Of a stretch of DNA of 64,000 bases, positions 59,103-64,000 are shown in pieces. Under the pieces are notes generated by a model. The model was not told where the DNA came from. It searched no databases and saw only the letters and a list, made by a program, of their open reading frames with translations. Source of the stretch: Octopus sinensis (Eukaryota); the NCBI RefSeq assembly GCF_006345805.1, contig NC_043002.1:65224001-65288000 (forward strand), given 5' to 3'. Positions within the stretch are counted from its first letter, which is position 1. Every line of letters begins with the position of its first letter. The translations under genes and the position numbers were made by a program.

Positions 59103-59710
59103 TCTAGGCACAAGCCCCGAAAGTTTGGGACAGGGGGCCAGTATATTAGATCGACCCCACTACGCAACTGATACGTAATTTATCGACCTCGAAAGGATCA
59201 AAGGCAAACACTCGACATCGGCGGAATTTAAACTCAGAACGTAAAGACAGACGAAATACCGCTAAGCATTTTGCCTGGCGTGCTAACGTTTCTTATTTCT
59301 TTACTACCCTCAAGGGGCTTAATCACAGAGGGGACAAAAAAGGATGGAGAAACGGATCAAGTCGATTATATCGACCTCAGTGCGTAACTGGTACTTATTT
59401 AATCGACCCCAAAAGGATGAAAAGCAAAGTCGACCTCGGCGAAATTTGAACTCACAACATAAAACAGACGAAATACCTATATCTTTACTACCCACTAAGA
59501 GCTAAACACAGAGAGGACAAACAAGGACAGACAAACGGATTAAGTCGATTATATCGACCCCAGTGTGTAACTGGTACTTATTTAATCGACCCCGAAAGGA
59601 TGAAAGGCAAAGTCGAATTCGGTGGAATTTGAACTCAGAACGTAGCGGCAGACGAAATAACGCTAAGCATTTCGCCTGATGTGCTAACGTTTCTACTAGC
59701 TCGCCGACTT
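59103..59710 (-). mobile_element. Three head-to-tail SINE units
   Basis: Units at about 59480-59710, 59291-59479 and 59103-59290, each with gtcgac..ggcggaattt.aactca. Confidence 0.85.
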
Positions 59711-62020
59711 ACTGGTAGAAGTTACTCCGATGACAAAATAAACCAACTAAAAGTATACAAGATCTTCTTTCCACAAGAACGAAATTCTTCCAGGACCGAA
59801 GACTACAACATACACAATGGGAAAAAAATAACAACTTGAAAAACAATTACAGGCAGAAACAACTACAATCTGGACCTAAAAATATACAAAATCAATACAA
59901 AAGTGATCATCACAACATATCAACTGATAGATAAATAGTAATAAAAGAAAAATTTTGAAAGATCATTTTTCGGACCCAACCAACAGATTTTACGACACTT
60001 GTGGTTCAAACTTCCTAGGTTAAACATAGAGAGCGTTGATTATGACTGTCACTTCACACGTTCACTCAGCCTTAACTTTCCGAGTGAAAATATCACATTA
60101 ACGGTCGCATGTACTAAGGTCTGGTATCCCGTTCAGATGGGAAGACTGTGGTAATCTCGTTCCTTTATTCCACAGAAATTCCGTCCAGGATTATTTTTAT
60201 GTTTCTTTCGGATCCTTTATAAATCACTTTTGTCTATCATTCCACACCGATTAAGCAAAATTCAAACTAAATTTCTAAGGCTCGTCAATCAACTTACATC
60301 TTAAATAGATATTAATTTGAGACATGTTCTCTCCAGAGAACAAGAGAATTTTCTAACTACACTCAGAAGCAAGACGGTTGCGGCATGGTGCCATCTTTTT
60401 CTATCCCGCTTAAATTTCGAAAATGATAAAACAAAAACCAATTTACGAAACCATAAAGCCTTTAAAAATAAGCAAACTAGAAAAGACACCTCGCATATTT
60501 TCGACTTCTCTTGTGTGTGTGTGTGTGCGTTTGTATAAATTCATTCGCTAAATAACTATAATTGATATATTTAATATACGTAATATAGCAATAGATATGA
60601 AATTGAATTACAACGCAACAATTGTAAATTGATGTAATAAAAGCACTTAATAATGTCATTCCTTTTGTTTATAATTGCATGTGTGTGTGTCTCTCTCTAT
60701 GCGTGTGCGTGTATATGTATGTGCACATGTGTGTGTGAGTGTATCAGTGTGTGTGCCCTTTTTGTATATATGTGTGTGTGTGTGTGAGTGTATGATTTTT
60801 TAATACATATATTTGTGTGTGAGAGTATGTGACATTTTGTATATATGTGTATGTGTGTGCGCGTGTGTGTGAGTGTGTGAGTCTTTTTGTATATATGTGT
60901 GTGTGTAAGTGTGTGTGGTTTTTGTATATGTGTGTGTGTGTGAGAGTGTGTCTTTTTGTATGTGTGTGCATGTGTGTGCGACTGTGTGTGTGTATTTTTG
61001 TATATAATGTGTATGAGTGTGCGTGTGTTCTTTTGTATATATGCCTATGTGTGTGCGTGTGTGTGTGTGTGTCAAAAACTGACACAGAAAATATGCAAAT
61101 AGCTCTCAATAATTTTCGGCAATAACAATTCAGCTGTTTCGTAACTGAATTACCTGAATTTTGAATTCTCTTTATGTGACTGAGTATTCCAGAGATCTGG
61201 CATCTAAATTTAATCTTCAAGAAGTATCAACATGAGATATTCTGTAACAAATTTGCAATTTAGAATTAAAGTTTTTATACATCCAACAGTGTTTCCGCAC
61301 AGTCTTCGTTTATCTAATTTCATTAAGATGATTTGGGGCCACTTGTGGGCAGCTATGATGAATATAAGGTGCCCATGACACCACGAATTGTTATCATACA
61401 GGGAACTTGGCAATTGGGAAAAATGGCTTAACCATTCCACTATCGGCGTTATTTCTTCTTTAAGCATGAGCGTGAAAGTTACGCCAACAGAAACGCGTTA
61501 CAACTAGATTAAATCTCCAAGCGGTTTAAAGGCACAAGTCTCCGATATTTAAGTAGTTAAAAATTGTCAGCAGATGGGCAACCAGGAGATATGAAATGGA
61601 AGCTACACGGACCCCTAAGTGTACAAGAAACTGAGGGACCGAAGAACTTACCAGACGGAGGTTTCATCTATGAAGATTTGATGTTCAGCTCCCTTCAGCG
61701 TTTCTTACCATGATCAACAGCATTGTTATTCATTTGTGTTTTCTAAAATATTTCGAATTAAATTTATACAAGCAATTCATTTAATTTCGAAATATACTTT
61801 CTCTAATATTTCATTAATTAATACAGTTTGCATTTAATGTAATACACTGTGGGATTCGTACATGACTATATTCCAATAAATATAGGTGTAAGTGGTGGTT
61901 TTTGCTTGTTTGCATGTGTATGGCTTTGTATGTGTGCGTGAGTTAATAAATAACAACAAAATTAAGTTCATACTATATATACATATATATCATATGTATA
62001 CATGTATATATATCATATGT

Positions 62021-62074
<54 letters not shown>

Positions 62075-62124
62075 TATGTATACATGTATATATATATATA
62101 TATATATACATATATATCATATGT

Positions 62125-62176
<52 letters not shown>

Positions 62177-62186
62177 ACATATGATA

Positions 62187-62245
<59 letters not shown>

Positions 62246-62249
62246 TTTA

Positions 62250-63047
62250 TACATTATATAAAAGGGCTTAGTAAAATAAATTACTTTGCCGCATACTGAA
62301 CTCATTAGAAATAGCAGCTAAAAAAAAACTTTTTTTTAAACTATTTCTAATACTTAAAGAAAACCTCTCTCATATAGTGCTTGCTCAATTCAACTCACGA
62401 AAGTATGGGGGTAGAGACATTAAAAAATCAAATGCAAAGGTTATTTGAGAACGTACGTTTCAAGATTAGTCAAACTCGACACTTCTATCATCAGCTCAGA
62501 ACTCCCTGGTTTGGATTTGAAAACACTGAAAGTGGGAGCATACCCTTTCGGCTTCTTATCGCTTCTGAAGATCTGCTCGAAACTAACAGTGCCAGCAAAC
62601 TCAAAAAGCAAGCGAAGAATTTCTGCTCTCCCCTTTCCACCAGCGTGGGTTAAAATCAGTAAACACTATGCTTTTTTCGGTAAAATCCGAGGCATTATAT
62701 AGAGAGAGATCAATTATAATTTCAACAATTGAGGGTAAAATTAATTAATTAATCAATTTCACCAAGTATTCAGTATGCAAAGGGACCATTTAAGGCGAAT
62801 TCAAATTATTACATTATATAAAAGGGCTTAGTAAAATAAATTACTTTGCCGCATACTGAACTCATTAGAAATAGCAGCTAAAAAAAACTTTTTTAAAACT
62901 ATTTCTAATACTTAAAGAAAACCTCTCTCATATAGTGCTTGCTCAATTCAACTCACGAAAGTATGGGGGTAGAGACATTAAAAAATCAAATGCAAAGGTT
63001 ATTTGAGAACGTACGTTTCAAGATTAGTCAAACTCGACACTTCTATC
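62250..63047. mobile_element. PLE-like tandem terminal repeat: near-identical direct repeats of about 239 bp (62250-62489, 62810-63047)
   Basis: The copies differ only within an A/T homopolymer tract; the first abuts (TA)n and the second is cut off by a SINE. Confidence 0.85.
62446..62498 (-). ncRNA. Minimal type-I hammerhead ribozyme motif (core intact)
   Basis: TGAG-CTGATGA-[T AGA..GTC GAGTTT GAC..TCT T]-GAAAC GTAC GTT^CTCA. Confidence 0.7.
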
Positions 63048-63324
63048 GCGGAGGCACATAGCCTAGTGTTAAGAGCAGCGGACGCGCGGTCAAGGGATCG
63101 CGGGTTCGAATCTCAGACTCGGCGATATGTGTGTTTATGAGCGAAACACCTAAGCTCCACGCGGCTCCAGCAGAAGGTAATGGCGTACTTCTGCTGACTC
63201 TTTCGCCAAAACTTGCTCTCATTTTTTCCTCCTGCACCTTGCAGCTCACCTGCAACGGACCGGTGTCCCGTCAAGGTGCGGAACCTATATGCCAAGGCAA
63301 CCGGAAAACCCGCTCTATGAGCCG
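63048..63324 (+). mobile_element. tRNA-derived SINE, 3' end lost in (CA)n
   Basis: Homolog of 20564 and 52269. Confidence 0.85.
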
Positions 63325-63328
63325 TCTT

Positions 63329-63361
<33 letters not shown>

Positions 63362-63436
63362 CCACATATATATATATTATATAATATATATATATATATT
63401 ATATTATATATACATATATATTTATTTATACACTCA

Positions 63437-63830
63437 CACACATGGTGCGGTGAATAAACTCTCGTCCAAATTACATTACAGAAAAAGGAAAATAACACTG
63501 ACAACGCAATACGTAATATTACATAAGAATATCTTGAAGCACTATATAGTAAATTTATGCAACAACATCGCGATCGGCTTCAACCACGGCCTCCAGACAA
63601 CTTCGGGATCTCCTGCAAATTTTCTGGACGGTCTCCATTTTTAAATTCGTGAATGCTGCCATAATCATTCCCTTCACTCATCTTTGGTTTTAGAAGTTTT
63701 GTTAGTCTCTCTCAGAACTGTACCCCATACATAATAATCAAGAGGGATGCAGCCTGGGTTGTAAGGTGGCCAGATGTTAGGGGTGATGTGGTCGTAGACT
63801 ATTTGTCTGGTGTAACAGCAGAAACGTTAA
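63437..63830 (-). mobile_element. 3' part of a Tc1/mariner (maT/DD37D-like) transposon
   Basis: DHITPNIWPPYNPGCIPLDYYVWG.V.RETNK...IMAAFTNL..ETVQK.CRR.RS.LEAVVEA; probable TIR ...ttattcaccgcaccatg at about 63437-63460. Confidence 0.75.
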
Positions 63831-64000
63831 CATTTCAGACAGAATAACATGTGTTATTAAATTAGGGTTTCTTAACTACTAAGTTAAAACCAAGGCAATT
63901 TTCCTCCTATATCCTTTGTATGTAGCTAATGTAAAGTAGTTAATATAAAGAGAGATGCATGGCCTAATGCTTTCCGGTGTTGCACTCATGATCTCAATAT

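Noticed and set aside
61080-61740. Decayed LINE ORF
   Set aside because: No diagnostic motif could be read in any frame.
62565-62591. CTGAAGA-TCTGCTC-GAAAC-TAACA-GTG as a plus-strand hammerhead
   Set aside because: No stem II pairing, non-cleavable GUG triplet and no stem I; at best a relic.

Overview
AT-rich eukaryotic, essentially non-genic DNA saturated with microsatellites ((TA)n, (CA)n, (GATA)n, (TATG)n, (AAT)n) and decayed mobile elements. The SINE families and microsatellite load look like an octopus genome; this is my recognition, not a database result. No intact protein-coding gene is evident, and nearly all ORF-track entries are microsatellite read-throughs. Supported elements: R4/Dong-like and CRE-like REL-LINE 3' ends, RTE, CR1/L2-type and Tx1-type LINE fragments, two Penelope-like (PLE) RT remnants, a hAT (Buster/Charlie/SPIN-type) element with TSD, three IS630-Tc1-mariner remnants, and many tRNA-derived SINEs. 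The strongest unexplained signal is a set of minimal type-I hammerhead ribozyme (HHR) motifs: nine with an intact catalytic core plus several relics. Most lie in long fold-back (inverted-repeat) cassettes inserted at or beside (TA)n or (GATA)n runs, and their stem-III sequences differ between families yet are perfect or near-perfect palindromes, as expected for dimer-dependent self-cleavage. Other points of interest: a fold-back Tx1 insertion in (GATA)n, a SINE whose tail matches that Tx1 3' end, an inverted duplication of flanking DNA around a Tc1-like element, an unidentified decayed coding family with codon-level conservation, two candidate exons and one promoter-like cluster. All alignments and folds were done by eye.
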